A stretch of DNA of 64,000 nt, taken from an uncultured Pelagibacteraceae bacterium. Its GTDB lineage: Bacteria > Pseudomonadota > Alphaproteobacteria > Pelagibacterales > Pelagibacteraceae. A model generated the notes under the pieces. That model saw nothing but the letters and a program-made list of their open reading frames with translations, ran no database searches and was not told the origin of the DNA. Of the stretch, positions 25,122 to 34,711 are shown piece by piece. Numbering within the stretch: position 1 is the first letter of the stretch; every line of letters starts with the position of its first letter. The stretch is taken from positions 7,360-71,359 of the forward strand of contig CACLZL010000005.1 of assembly GCA_902611405.1 (NCBI GenBank), written 5' to 3'. The translations under genes and the position numbers were made by a program.

Positions 25122-25685
25122 GTGAATATAATTTTATTTGGACCGCCTGGTGCTGGAAAAGGTACTCAGTCTAAATATTTGGTAAATAAATTAAATGCTT
25201 TTCAAATTTCCACTGGCGACCTATTAAGGGAAGAAATACAAAAAGAAACTGATGTTGGTAAAACAATAATTAACGATATGAATGATGGAAAGTTTATAAG
25301 TGATGAAATTGTTAATAAGCTTATTGAAAAATTTGTATATGATCCTGAAAAAAAGAATAAATTGATTTTTGATGGCTATCCTCGATCTTTGAGCCAGGCT
25401 AAAAATTTAGAAGTATTACTTAAAAATTCAAATCAAAACATAGATTTAATTTTATTTCTAAATGTAAAAAAAGAGATAATTCTCAAAAGACTTGAAAAGA
25501 GAAAAATTTTAGAAAATAGGTCTGATGATGACTCTGATACTATAATTAGAAGGTACGAAACTTATATGGAAACAACCCAACCAGTTCTAGATTTCTACTC
25601 TGAGAATTCAAATTTTAAGCAGATTGATGGAAGTCTGGAAATAGATGAAATAACAAGGAAAATAGACACTTTTATAAATGTATAA
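25122..25685 (+). CDS. adk: Adenylate kinase, short-LID type (GTG start)
   Basis: GPPGAGKGTQ, STGDLLR, DGYPR, R.DD. Confidence 0.97.
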   Translation: MNIILFGPPGAGKGTQSKYLVNKLNAFQISTGDLLREEIQKETDVGKTIINDMNDGKFISDEIVNKLIEKFVYDPEKKNKLIFDGYPRSLSQAKNLEVLLKNSNQNIDLILFLNVKKEIILKRLEKRKILENRSDDDSDTIIRRYETYMETTQPVLDFYSENSNFKQIDGSLEIDEITRKIDTFINV

Positions 25686-25689
25686 GACG

Positions 25690-25717
25690 TTGACTTTGAC
25701 TAATCTTATTATATAAA
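25690..25717 (+). promoter_or_regulatory. Sigma70-type promoter of the alpha operon
   Basis: TTGACT, 16 bp, TATAAA in the 55-bp adk-rpsM spacer. Confidence 0.55.
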
Positions 25718-25740
25718 AGGCACAATTTATCACAAAAATT

Positions 25741-26124
25741 ATGGCTCGTATCGCAGGTATAAATATTCCACAGAATAAGCTAGTTCATGTAGGTTTAACT
25801 TATATTTATGGAATTGGTGATAAATTTTCTCAACAAATTTGTTCATCTTTAGAAATTCCAAGAGCAAAAAGAGTAAATGAGTTAACAGATGAAGAGATTT
25901 TAAAAATTAGAGAGTACATTGATCAAAACTTTAAAGTTGAAGGTGATTTAAGAAGAGATTATTCACTAAGTATTAAAAGATTAATTGATTTAGCTTGTTA
26001 CAGAGGAACAAGACATAGAAAAAAATTACCTGTTAGAGGACAAAGAACTAGATGTAACGCAAGGACAAGAAAAGGAAAAGCAATTGCGATTGCAGGAAAA
26101 AAATTAACACCAACTAAAAAATAA
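25741..26124 (+). CDS. rpsM: 30S ribosomal protein S13
   Basis: [19 protein letters not shown]. Confidence 0.99.
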   Translation: MARIAGINIPQNKLVHVGLTYIYGIGDKFSQQICSSLEIPRAKRVNELTDEEILKIREYIDQNFKVEGDLRRDYSLSIKRLIDLACYRGTRHRKKLPVRGQRTRCNARTRKGKAIAIAGKKLTPTKK

Positions 26125-26126
26125 TT

Positions 26127-26576
26127 ATGGCAAAAGCTGATAAAGTTGAGAATAAAGATCAGAAGGTTGAAAAATCTTCAAAGAAAAGTGTAAAAAGTTC
26201 TTATTCCAAAAAGAAGAAAGTTAAGAAAAATATTTTAAATGGTATCGCTTATGTACAGTCAACATTTAATAATACTATTATCTCTATTGCTGACTCAAAT
26301 GGAAACGTAATATCTTGGGCATCAGCTGGACAAAAAGGATTTAAGGGATCAAGAAAATCCACTCCTTATGCCGCACAGATAGCAGCAGACTCTGCAGCTT
26401 CTAAAGCACTAGAGTATGGAATGAAAACTTTATCTGTAGAAGTAAAAGGACCTGGATCAGGAAGAGAAACAGCTTTAAGAGCACTACAAGCTAGAGGATT
26501 TAAGATTTTGTCAATCAAAGACACTACGCCTATGCCTCACAATGGAACTAGACCACCAAAGAAAAGGAGAGTTTAA
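26127..26576 (+). CDS. rpsK: 30S ribosomal protein S11 (Lys-rich N-terminal extension)
   Basis: [32 protein letters not shown]. Confidence 0.99.
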   Translation: MAKADKVENKDQKVEKSSKKSVKSSYSKKKKVKKNILNGIAYVQSTFNNTIISIADSNGNVISWASAGQKGFKGSRKSTPYAAQIAADSAASKALEYGMKTLSVEVKGPGSGRETALRALQARGFKILSIKDTTPMPHNGTRPPKKRRV

Positions 26577-27604
26577 TGGAAGTTGAAAATGTTAATGTAA
26601 AAAATTGGAAGTCATTAATAAAACCATCTAAATTAGATGTTCAAATAAGTGATGACTTAACACATGCAAAAATTGTAGCTGAACCACTAGAAAAAGGTTA
26701 TGGATTAACTTTAGGTAATTCTTTAAGAAGAATTTTATTATCATCAATAAGAGGCGCTGCTGTAACTTCTATTCAAATAGATGGAGTTTTACATGAATTT
26801 ACATCAATAAAAGGTGTTAGAGAAGATGTTACCGATATTGTTTTAAACGTTAAATCTTTAGCATTAAAAAGTAATTCTGAGGGTACAAAAAAATTAATTT
26901 TAGACGCAAAAGGACCTGGAGAAATTAAAGCTTCAGATATCGTACCAGTAGCAGATGTTGAAATTTTAAATCCTGATTTAGTTATTTGTAATTTAGATGA
27001 AAATACAACTTTTCATATGGAGATGAATGTTAACACAGGCAAAGGTTATGTTCCAGCAGAATTAAATAAACCTGAAGAACCACCTTTAGGTCTTATTGCA
27101 ATAGACTCACTTTACAGTCCTGTTAAAAAAGTTTCTTATTCTGTAAGCACTGCTAGAGAAGGTAAAGCATTGGATTATGATAAACTTATTATGGAAGTTG
27201 AAACTGACGGATCAATTTCTGCTGAAGACGCTGTAGCCTATTCAGCTAGAATTTTTCAAGATCAATTAAAAATGTTCATTAATTTTGATGAGCCAGTTGA
27301 AGCTCCTATAAAAGAAGTTTCTACAGAGCCGGAGTTTAACAAAAATTTATTAAGAAAAGTAGATGAGTTAGAGTTATCTGTGAGATCAATGAACTGTTTA
27401 AAAAATGATAACATTATTTATATAGGCGACCTTGTTCAAAAATCTGAAGGTGAAATGTTGAGAACCCCTAATTTTGGAAGAAAATCCCTTAATGAAATAA
27501 AAGAAGTTTTGACAGGAATGTCATTGTATTTAGGTATGGAAATACCTAACTGGCCACCAGATAATATAGCTGAAATGTCGAAAAAATTGGAGGAAGCAAT
27601 TTAA
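26576..27604 (+). CDS. rpoA: RNA polymerase alpha subunit
   Basis: [32 protein letters not shown]. Confidence 0.99.
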   Translation: MEVENVNVKNWKSLIKPSKLDVQISDDLTHAKIVAEPLEKGYGLTLGNSLRRILLSSIRGAAVTSIQIDGVLHEFTSIKGVREDVTDIVLNVKSLALKSNSEGTKKLILDAKGPGEIKASDIVPVADVEILNPDLVICNLDENTTFHMEMNVNTGKGYVPAELNKPEEPPLGLIAIDSLYSPVKKVSYSVSTAREGKALDYDKLIMEVETDGSISAEDAVAYSARIFQDQLKMFINFDEPVEAPIKEVSTEPEFNKNLLRKVDELELSVRSMNCLKNDNIIYIGDLVQKSEGEMLRTPNFGRKSLNEIKEVLTGMSLYLGMEIPNWPPDNIAEMSKKLEEAI

Positions 27605-28047
27605 TGAGACACGGGTTTGTTAATAAAAAATTAAATAGAACCTCAGAGCACAGAAAAGCTCTTCTTAAGAATATGCTTAATTCCTTGATTAAGTATGAAC
27701 AGATTAAAACTACTTTGCCAAAAGCTAAATTTTTAAAACCACAAGCTGATAAGATTATAACATTAGGAAAGAAGGAAACTTTACAAACAACTAAAATTTT
27801 AGTTTCTAAACTTCAAGATATTAAATCTGCAAATAAAGTAAAAAAAACTCTTTCTAAAAGATACGAAAATAGAAAAGGTGGATATACTAGAATAATTAAA
27901 GCAGGATTTAGATACGGTGATAATGCTCCAATGGCAATAATTGAATTTGTTGATAGAGATGTTGAAGCAAAAAGAGTTGATAAAAAGAAAAAAGATACAA
28001 CTAAAGAAGCACCTAAAGCAGAAGAGAAAAAACAAGCTACAGCTTAA
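27604..28047 (+). CDS. rplQ: 50S ribosomal protein L17
   Basis: MRH, HRKALL, GGYTRI, GDNAPMA. Confidence 0.99.
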   Translation: MRHGFVNKKLNRTSEHRKALLKNMLNSLIKYEQIKTTLPKAKFLKPQADKIITLGKKETLQTTKILVSKLQDIKSANKVKKTLSKRYENRKGGYTRIIKAGFRYGDNAPMAIIEFVDRDVEAKRVDKKKKDTTKEAPKAEEKKQATA

Positions 28048-28057
28048 ATCTTAAAAC

Positions 28058-28963
28058 ATGAAAAAATCTTACATCGTTGATGCAACGTGTAATGATATGC
28101 GTTTGGACAGATGGTTAAGATTAAATATTGGAAAAATACCTCAAGGTCTCATTGAGAAGTATTTAAGATCAGGAAAGATAAAGCTTAATAAAAAGAAAGT
28201 TAAAAGCTCTTATAAAGTAAGAACAAAAGATGAGATAAATATATTTAATATTGCTTTTGAAGAAAGAATTCAGCAAAAAAAAATTAAGTTTTTACCCTCA
28301 AAAGAAATTATAAAATCAAATGAAGATCAAATTATTGACAATAATGATAATTTTGTTGTTTTAAACAAAGCTTCAGGCATATCAGTGCAAGGTGGAACTA
28401 AATCAAAAAAAAATTTAGTTGATATTTTTGCTAAAAGTGAAATTTTTGAAGGAACAAAACCATATTCTGTTCATAGATTAGATAAAGATACTTCTGGAGT
28501 TTTTATTATGGCTAAAAACAGAGAGAGCGCTCAATTACTTACTTCTTTATTTAGACTAAGAAAAGTACATAAAACTTATTTAGCCATATGCCAAGGGGAA
28601 ATTAACAATAAATCAGGTATATGGAATGATGATTTAATTAGGTACGATGGAGATAAAAAAATAATAGAAAAAGCAAAAACAATTTTTAAAGTTATTGATA
28701 AAAATTCTGAAGCAAGTTTATTAGAATTAAAACCTATTACAGGAAGAAAACATCAGTTAAGAAAACAATTATATAACATTGGAAATCCTATATTTGGAGA
28801 TACAAAATATAAATTATCACGTTCTAATAAGGGAATTAATAAAAATTTAATGTTACATTCATATCAAATTAAATTTAAAATTAATGAAGTAAAACATACT
28901 TATTCGGCATTGTTACCTGATTATTTTAAAAAACTTTTAAAATCTAAAAGACTTAGGTTTTAA
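28058..28963 (+). CDS. rluC: RluA-family pseudouridine synthase (RluC-like, S4 domain)
   Basis: RLDRWL S4 start, [10 protein letters not shown] catalytic Asp, TGRKHQLR. Confidence 0.88.
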   Translation: MKKSYIVDATCNDMRLDRWLRLNIGKIPQGLIEKYLRSGKIKLNKKKVKSSYKVRTKDEINIFNIAFEERIQQKKIKFLPSKEIIKSNEDQIIDNNDNFVVLNKASGISVQGGTKSKKNLVDIFAKSEIFEGTKPYSVHRLDKDTSGVFIMAKNRESAQLLTSLFRLRKVHKTYLAICQGEINNKSGIWNDDLIRYDGDKKIIEKAKTIFKVIDKNSEASLLELKPITGRKHQLRKQLYNIGNPIFGDTKYKLSRSNKGINKNLMLHSYQIKFKINEVKHTYSALLPDYFKKLLKSKRLRF

Positions 28964-29570
28964 AATTAGAAATAAAATTTTTAATTAATTTATCACTTAG
29001 ATTAGAGTAATCCTGATCAATGATATTTTTTAAATTGGTTACTCCTTTATCCGAAATACCACATGGTATAATTTTTTTATAATTTTCTAGATCATTATTT
29101 ATATTTATTGCAAAACCATGATAGGCAATCCATTTGCTAACTCTGATACCTATTGCAGCAATTTTTTTAATTTCATTATTATATTTATGCCATATACCAA
29201 TATTATCTCTATCTGGAAAAGTTTCTATTTTATAAAATTTTAAAGTTTGAATTATTGTTTTTTCGATAATTGTTATAAATTTTCTGATATCTTTTTTTTT
29301 CCTTAAGTCTAAAACAAAATAACAAATTAGTTGACCTGGTCCATGGTAAGTAATTTTACCACCTCTATTCGTTTCTAATATTTTAATAGATTTATCAATA
29401 ATCTCATTCTCTTTATAAGAAGTTCCTGCTGTAAAAACTTCATTATGCTCTAAAGTCCAAATTAATTCTTGCTCATTATTTTCATATAAATCCTTTAATC
29501 TTGACTCTAGTATATTAATAGCATCAAAATAATTTACTGGTTTTATTGACTTTTTGATCTCTATGTTCAT
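28953..29570 (-). CDS. lipB: Octanoyltransferase LipB
   Basis: LEH..V.TAG, RGG..TYHGPGQ, KIAAIG, HGFA.N, IIPCG. Confidence 0.97.
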   Translation of the reverse strand: MNIEIKKSIKPVNYFDAINILESRLKDLYENNEQELIWTLEHNEVFTAGTSYKENEIIDKSIKILETNRGGKITYHGPGQLICYFVLDLRKKKDIRKFITIIEKTIIQTLKFYKIETFPDRDNIGIWHKYNNEIKKIAAIGIRVSKWIAYHGFAININNDLENYKKIIPCGISDKGVTNLKNIIDQDYSNLSDKLIKNFISNFKT

Positions 29571-29631
29571 TTATAATTTGTATTATCTTTATTATGTATT
29601 AATAGTGCAAATCTAAATTATAGGTAGATTT

Positions 29632-31005
29632 ATGTCTTTAACTAAAAAAACTAAAGATAAAAAAGTAAATTTTGAGTTTAATAAAGAATATATAAGAGTT
29701 GTTACTAGCAAAATAGCTAACAATGATGCTCAATTTATTACCAATTCATTTAATGAAATGCACCCTGCTGACGCTGCAGATATTATTGAACACCTTAGTG
29801 AAGGAGATAGAGAAAGTTTAATAAAACTAAATAATTTCAATATTGATCCGGAGGTTTTTGTTGAATTAAATGAGTCTATTCAATCAGAAATTATTACCTA
29901 TTTATCTTCAGAGTCTATAGTAAGTATTCTAAAAGGTTTAGAGTCAGACGATGCTATATCTATATTAGAAAATGTTCCTGAAGAAGATAAAAATGCAATC
30001 CTTAGCTCTTTACCCCCTAAAGATAGATTTGCTCTATTAGAAAGCTTAAGCTATCCAGAGGACACTGCTGCTAGACTTATGCAGCGCGAATTTACTGCTA
30101 TACCAAGTAATTGGTCTGTAGGACAAACAATTGACTATTTAAGAGAAAACAAAGATTTACCTGAAGAGTTTTTAGAAATTTTTATTGTCAATGAGGATTT
30201 TAAACCAATAGGTACTGTTCCTTCATCTAAAGTTTTGACAACGCCCCGAGACACTAAAATGGCAACAATAATGTCAGAATCTCAATTATTAATTCCTGTT
30301 GAAATGGATAAAGAAGAAGTTGCTAACTTATTTGAAAATTACAATTTAAATTCAGCTGCCGTTGTAGACAAAAACAATAAATTAGTTGGTATGATTATGA
30401 ACGATGACGTTTTAACAGTCTTAAAAGAGGAAGCTGAGGAAGATGCTTTAAGATTAGCAGGGGTAGGAGATGAAGAAATTACTGATGGAGTTGTAAAAAA
30501 AACAAAGAGAAGATTCAATTGGCTTTTACTTAATTTATTTACTGCCTTTCTAGCTACGTGGTGCATTAGTTTATTTGGAGCAACCATTGAACAAATGGTA
30601 GTATTAGCTTTCTTAATGCCAATTGTAGCTTCAATGGGTGGAAATGCAGGAATGCAAACTCTTGCGGTTACAGTAAGAACTATAGCTACAAATGATTTAA
30701 CTCAAAATAATTTCTCATCAAATGTATTTAAAGAATTTTCTATTGGTATTCTAAATGGAATTATATTTGCAGCAATAAGCGCTTTTATTGTTCAGATATG
30801 GTTTCAAGACAGTATTCTTTCATTGATCATAGCTATATCAATGGTGCTAACAATGATCATAGCTGGATTATTTGGTATATTGGTTCCTTTTACCTTAAAA
30901 AAAATGAATATAGACCCAGCGATTGCTTCGAGTGTTTTTGTCACAACTATTACTGACGTAATAGGTTTTGTTTCATTTTTGGGTGTTGGGGCTTATTTTC
31001 TTTAA
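29632..31005 (+). CDS. mgtE: Magnesium transporter MgtE
   Basis: HPAD.AD, CBS pair, MGGNAG.Q, DPA.AS..FVTT.TD. Confidence 0.97.
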   Translation: MSLTKKTKDKKVNFEFNKEYIRVVTSKIANNDAQFITNSFNEMHPADAADIIEHLSEGDRESLIKLNNFNIDPEVFVELNESIQSEIITYLSSESIVSILKGLESDDAISILENVPEEDKNAILSSLPPKDRFALLESLSYPEDTAARLMQREFTAIPSNWSVGQTIDYLRENKDLPEEFLEIFIVNEDFKPIGTVPSSKVLTTPRDTKMATIMSESQLLIPVEMDKEEVANLFENYNLNSAAVVDKNNKLVGMIMNDDVLTVLKEEAEEDALRLAGVGDEEITDGVVKKTKRRFNWLLLNLFTAFLATWCISLFGATIEQMVVLAFLMPIVASMGGNAGMQTLAVTVRTIATNDLTQNNFSSNVFKEFSIGILNGIIFAAISAFIVQIWFQDSILSLIIAISMVLTMIIAGLFGILVPFTLKKMNIDPAIASSVFVTTITDVIGFVSFLGVGAYFL

Positions 31006-31817
31006 AAGTTATCAATAAATCTTACGTTATCAATATAATAAGCAACAAATAAACGTGAACCTCTGACAGTATTAGATATTTTAAGATTTTTTATTGATCT
31101 TAATTCCAAGTATTCAATTTTAATTTTTAATAATTTCTCAAAATACTTGATTTTAATTCTTAAATTTTGTTTTATTTTTTTACTATTTACTAAATTTCTT
31201 TTTAATTTAATTAAACTTTTACTTAGAAAACTTGCCTTTTTAATTCCATTTAAATCCAAATGATTATTTCTCGAAGACAAAGCTATTTTTCTTTTATCTC
31301 TAATCGTTTTGCATGGAATAATAGAAGTTTTATATTTATTTTTTAGATAATTTTTTATTAAGAAATATTGTTGATAATCTTTTTTGCCCATAAATATTTT
31401 TTTTGGATTTATCAAATTTGTTAATCTTTGCATCACATCCAGCACACCTTCAAAATGGCCTTTTCTATATTTGGCACATAAAACTTTATCTTTTTTAATA
31501 ATTTTTATGTTTGATTTTTTATTATTATTATAAACATCTTTAAATTTTGGGATGTATAAAAAATCGACCTTTTTAGTTTTTTTTAAGATTTTAATATCAT
31601 TGTTAATATTTTTGGGATAATTCTTAAAATCTTTTCTATTGTTAAATTGTTTAGGATTAACAAAGATACTTACTATTGTTTTTTTACAAGTTCGATTTGA
31701 TCTATTAATAAGTGATAAATGACCTCTATGGATACTACCCATTGTAGGAACAAAGCCAATATCACTAAAAGGCCTTAAAGATTTAAATAATGAATTATTA
31801 TTTAATATAATTTTCAT
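31002..31817 (-). CDS. panC: Pantoate-beta-alanine ligase (start taken at MKIIL)
   Basis: GFVPTMG..H.GH, SIFVNP.QF, GHF.GV, KDYQQ, SSRN, RFIDN. Confidence 0.95.
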   Translation of the reverse strand: MKIILNNNSLFKSLRPFSDIGFVPTMGSIHRGHLSLINRSNRTCKKTIVSIFVNPKQFNNRKDFKNYPKNINNDIKILKKTKKVDFLYIPKFKDVYNNNKKSNIKIIKKDKVLCAKYRKGHFEGVLDVMQRLTNLINPKKIFMGKKDYQQYFLIKNYLKNKYKTSIIPCKTIRDKRKIALSSRNNHLDLNGIKKASFLSKSLIKLKRNLVNSKKIKQNLRIKIKYFEKLLKIKIEYLELRSIKNLKISNTVRGSRLFVAYYIDNVRFIDNF

Positions 31818-31851
31818 TTGTATTAAAGATCTAGATAAGTAAAACATTTAT

Positions 31852-32667
31852 ATGATTAAACAAGCAATAATTCCTCTGGCTGGACAAGGAACTAGACTTT
31901 TGCCTCTAACAAGTGTTTTTGCGAAAGAACTTCTTCCAATAAATGGAAAGCCTGGAATTGAATATATTTTAGATGAGTGTATAGAAGCTGGAATTAAAGA
32001 AATTATTTTTATCATTTCAAATAAAAAAAAGATGATTAAAAACTATTTTTACAGCGATGTTTTTTATAAAAAAATTATAAAAAAGAAAAAAGACCCTCGT
32101 ATAATTGTTGAATATAAAAAAATACTAAAATATAAAAAACTTATAAAGTTTGTGTATCAAAATTCACCTAAAGGTACAGGTGACGCTGTATTTAAAACAA
32201 GAAAATATATAAAGGATAATTATTTTTTAATGTTGCTACCAGATGATTTAATAATAAAAAAAAACTGTTCTAAAGATATGATTAAAGTTCATCATAAACA
32301 TAAATCATCTGTAATGGCCAGCATGAAGGTTAATTCTAAAACAGTCTCAAGATGGGGAATCTATAGTCTAAACAAAAAAATTTCAAAAAATGATTATTTT
32401 ATTGATGGAGTTGTAGAAAAACCTTCAGTTAAAAATGCTCCTTCGAACAAAGCAGTAATAGGAAGATATATTCTTCCTAAAACTATATTTAGCAAATTAG
32501 CTAAGCAAAAACCTGGTAATGGAGGTGAAATACATATAACAGATGCTATTCAAACTTTAATAACAGAAGGTGAAAAATTTATTGCTCATAATTTTTCAGG
32601 AAATTATTTAGACTGCGGGACAATGCAAGGATTTATTAATTCAAATAAAGAAATTGGAAAATTATGA
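31852..32667 (+). CDS. galU: UTP-glucose-1-phosphate uridylyltransferase (GalU-like)
   Basis: PLAG.GTRLLP, KELLP, LPDD, VEKP, GEI.ITDA, DCG. Confidence 0.88.
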   Translation: MIKQAIIPLAGQGTRLLPLTSVFAKELLPINGKPGIEYILDECIEAGIKEIIFIISNKKKMIKNYFYSDVFYKKIIKKKKDPRIIVEYKKILKYKKLIKFVYQNSPKGTGDAVFKTRKYIKDNYFLMLLPDDLIIKKNCSKDMIKVHHKHKSSVMASMKVNSKTVSRWGIYSLNKKISKNDYFIDGVVEKPSVKNAPSNKAVIGRYILPKTIFSKLAKQKPGNGGEIHITDAIQTLITEGEKFIAHNFSGNYLDCGTMQGFINSNKEIGKL

Positions 32668-33962
32668 AACTTTGTATGATAGGTACAGGTTATGTTGGTT
32701 TAGTAAGTGGCGTCTGTTTTTCTGATGTTGGCAATACAGTCTACTGTGTAGATAAAGATAAAAAAAAAATAGATGAATTGAACAAAGGTAATGTCCCTAT
32801 TTACGAGCCTGGTTTACAGGAAATATTAAAAAAAAATTATAAACAAAATCGTTTAAAGTTTACTACTGATTTAAAAAAAGCTGTTTCAAGTTCTGATATA
32901 ATTTTTATATGTGTTGGAACCCCAACTAAAAAAAATAGTAACTCGGCTGATTTAAAATATGTTTTTAGTGTTGCAAAAGAATTAAAAAAGATAATTAAGA
33001 GTTACAAAATTATTATAACCAAATCTACAGTTCCAGTTGCTACTGGTGATAAAATCGAAAATATTCTTAAAAATTTAAAAAAAAAGAAATTAGTTGATAT
33101 AGTTTCCAACCCTGAGTTTCTAAGAGAAGGTGAGGCTATAAGGGATTTTGTATACCCAGATAGAGTTATTATCGGAACTGATAGTAATAAAGCTAATAAG
33201 ATTTTAAAATCACTTTATTTGCCAATTATAAAAAAAAGTAGTAGATATTTTAATACTTCTCGGAGAGCTGCTGAATTAATAAAATATGCTTCAAACGCAT
33301 TTTTAGCTACAAAAATTTCATTTATTAATGAGATTGCAAATCTCTGTGAAAAAACGGGTATAGATGTGAAAGATATATCCATTGGTATGGGTTCAGATGA
33401 GCGTATTGGTGACAGGTTTTTAAGAGCAGGACCAGCCTATGGAGGATCATGTTTTCCAAAAGATACTAGAGCTTTAATTGATACAGGTAAAAAATTTAAT
33501 ACAGATTTATCAATAGTTAAAACTGTAGTTTCATCGAACGATAAACGTAAATTTTTATCAATCAAAAGAGTTGAGAAAATATTAAATTATAAACTTTTAA
33601 ATAAAACAATCACATTTCTTGGAGTAACATTTAAACCAAATACAGATGATATGAGAGAAGCTTCTAGCATACCAATGATTGAGTATCTTAATAAAAAAAA
33701 TTCTAAGATAAGATATTTTGATCCTTCAGGTGAGAAGAAAGAATTTAAAAATTTAAAAAATGTTAATTATTTCAATAATATAAATACTGCATGCTTGAAT
33801 AGTGATTTAATAATTTTGCATACTGAATGGAATGATTTTAAATTATTAAATTTTAAAAAATTAGTAAAAAAAAGAAATTTTAAGATTTATGATATGAGAA
33901 ACATGTATTCACCAGCAAAAATGAAAAAATTGAATATCAATTATTTTGGAATTGGAAGATAG
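32664..33962 (+). CDS. ugd: UDP-glucose 6-dehydrogenase
   Basis: GTGYVG, SNPEFLREG, YGGSCFPKD, FKPNTDDMRE. Confidence 0.95.
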   Translation: MKLCMIGTGYVGLVSGVCFSDVGNTVYCVDKDKKKIDELNKGNVPIYEPGLQEILKKNYKQNRLKFTTDLKKAVSSSDIIFICVGTPTKKNSNSADLKYVFSVAKELKKIIKSYKIIITKSTVPVATGDKIENILKNLKKKKLVDIVSNPEFLREGEAIRDFVYPDRVIIGTDSNKANKILKSLYLPIIKKSSRYFNTSRRAAELIKYASNAFLATKISFINEIANLCEKTGIDVKDISIGMGSDERIGDRFLRAGPAYGGSCFPKDTRALIDTGKKFNTDLSIVKTVVSSNDKRKFLSIKRVEKILNYKLLNKTITFLGVTFKPNTDDMREASSIPMIEYLNKKNSKIRYFDPSGEKKEFKNLKNVNYFNNINTACLNSDLIILHTEWNDFKLLNFKKLVKKRNFKIYDMRNMYSPAKMKKLNINYFGIGR

Positions 33963-33963
33963 T

Positions 33964-34425
33964 TTAGTTTAACTCAAAAATTGCATCAACTTCAACAGAC
34001 ACACCAAGAGGTAAGCTATTTGTACTTACTGCCGCTCTAGTATGCATACCTGCCTCGCCAAAAACAGAAGCAATTAAATCTGAAGCACCATTAATTACTT
34101 TTGGTTGATCTGTAAAGTTATCAGTTGAATTAACAAAACCTGTTAATTTTACGCACGATTTAATTTTAGAAAGGTCTCCATGGCAAGCTACTTTTGCTTG
34201 AGATATAATACTTAAACCACATCTTACAGCTGCTTTATATCCATCATCTACAGATAGATCTTTTCCAACTTTTCCTTTTATCAATTCACCATTTTCTGAA
34301 ATAGAAATCTGTCCTGAAATATAAAGTAAATTACCAACAATTTTTGTTGCAACATAAGAACCAACAGGTGGTTTCGCCTCGGGAAGATTAATTTTTAATT
34401 CTTTAATTTTATTTTCAAAATCCAT
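33964..34425 (-). CDS. RidA/YjgF-family protein
   Basis: LYISGQ, VINGASDL...FG.AG.H.R.AV, LP....VE. Confidence 0.92.
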   Translation of the reverse strand: MDFENKIKELKINLPEAKPPVGSYVATKIVGNLLYISGQISISENGELIKGKVGKDLSVDDGYKAAVRCGLSIISQAKVACHGDLSKIKSCVKLTGFVNSTDNFTDQPKVINGASDLIASVFGEAGMHTRAAVSTNSLPLGVSVEVDAIFELN

Positions 34426-34426
34426 T

Positions 34427-34711
34427 TTATTTTTCAGTAAATTCCTTATGTGTTTTGCTATTTTTAAATTTTTTCAGTTTATCTTTTATCTTAAAGTTCT
34501 TTAATTTTTTTTTACCTTCTTCTATCTTTTTTGCTGTTTTAGATTTTATTTCCTCTGCTTTTTGTGACGTTTCTGCCTTTAATTTATCAGATTTACATTT
34601 TGCATACACTTTACTTAATTTGTCATATTTTGAACAATCCTCGGCAGATGAAAAAGTTAAACTAAATAAAGAAATAAATAAAACTGAAATTATAATTTTA
34701 ATTATTTTCAT
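34427..34711 (-). CDS. Small secreted Lys-rich hypothetical protein
   Basis: Signal-peptide-like N-terminus, two Cys, coiled tail; ATGA overlap with topA stop. Confidence 0.8.
   Translation of the reverse strand: MKIIKIIISVLFISLFSLTFSSAEDCSKYDKLSKVYAKCKSDKLKAETSQKAEEIKSKTAKKIEEGKKKLKNFKIKDKLKKFKNSKTHKEFTEK

Noticed and set aside
25686-26580. Absence of rpmJ/infA and rpsD from the spc/alpha region
   Set aside because: Normal arrangement for alphaproteobacteria
29571-29631. Mg-sensing leader before mgtE (AAATCTA/TAGATTT inverted repeat)
   Set aside because: 7-bp AT-rich stem in a 61-bp divergent promoter region; too short for an M-box and likely chance
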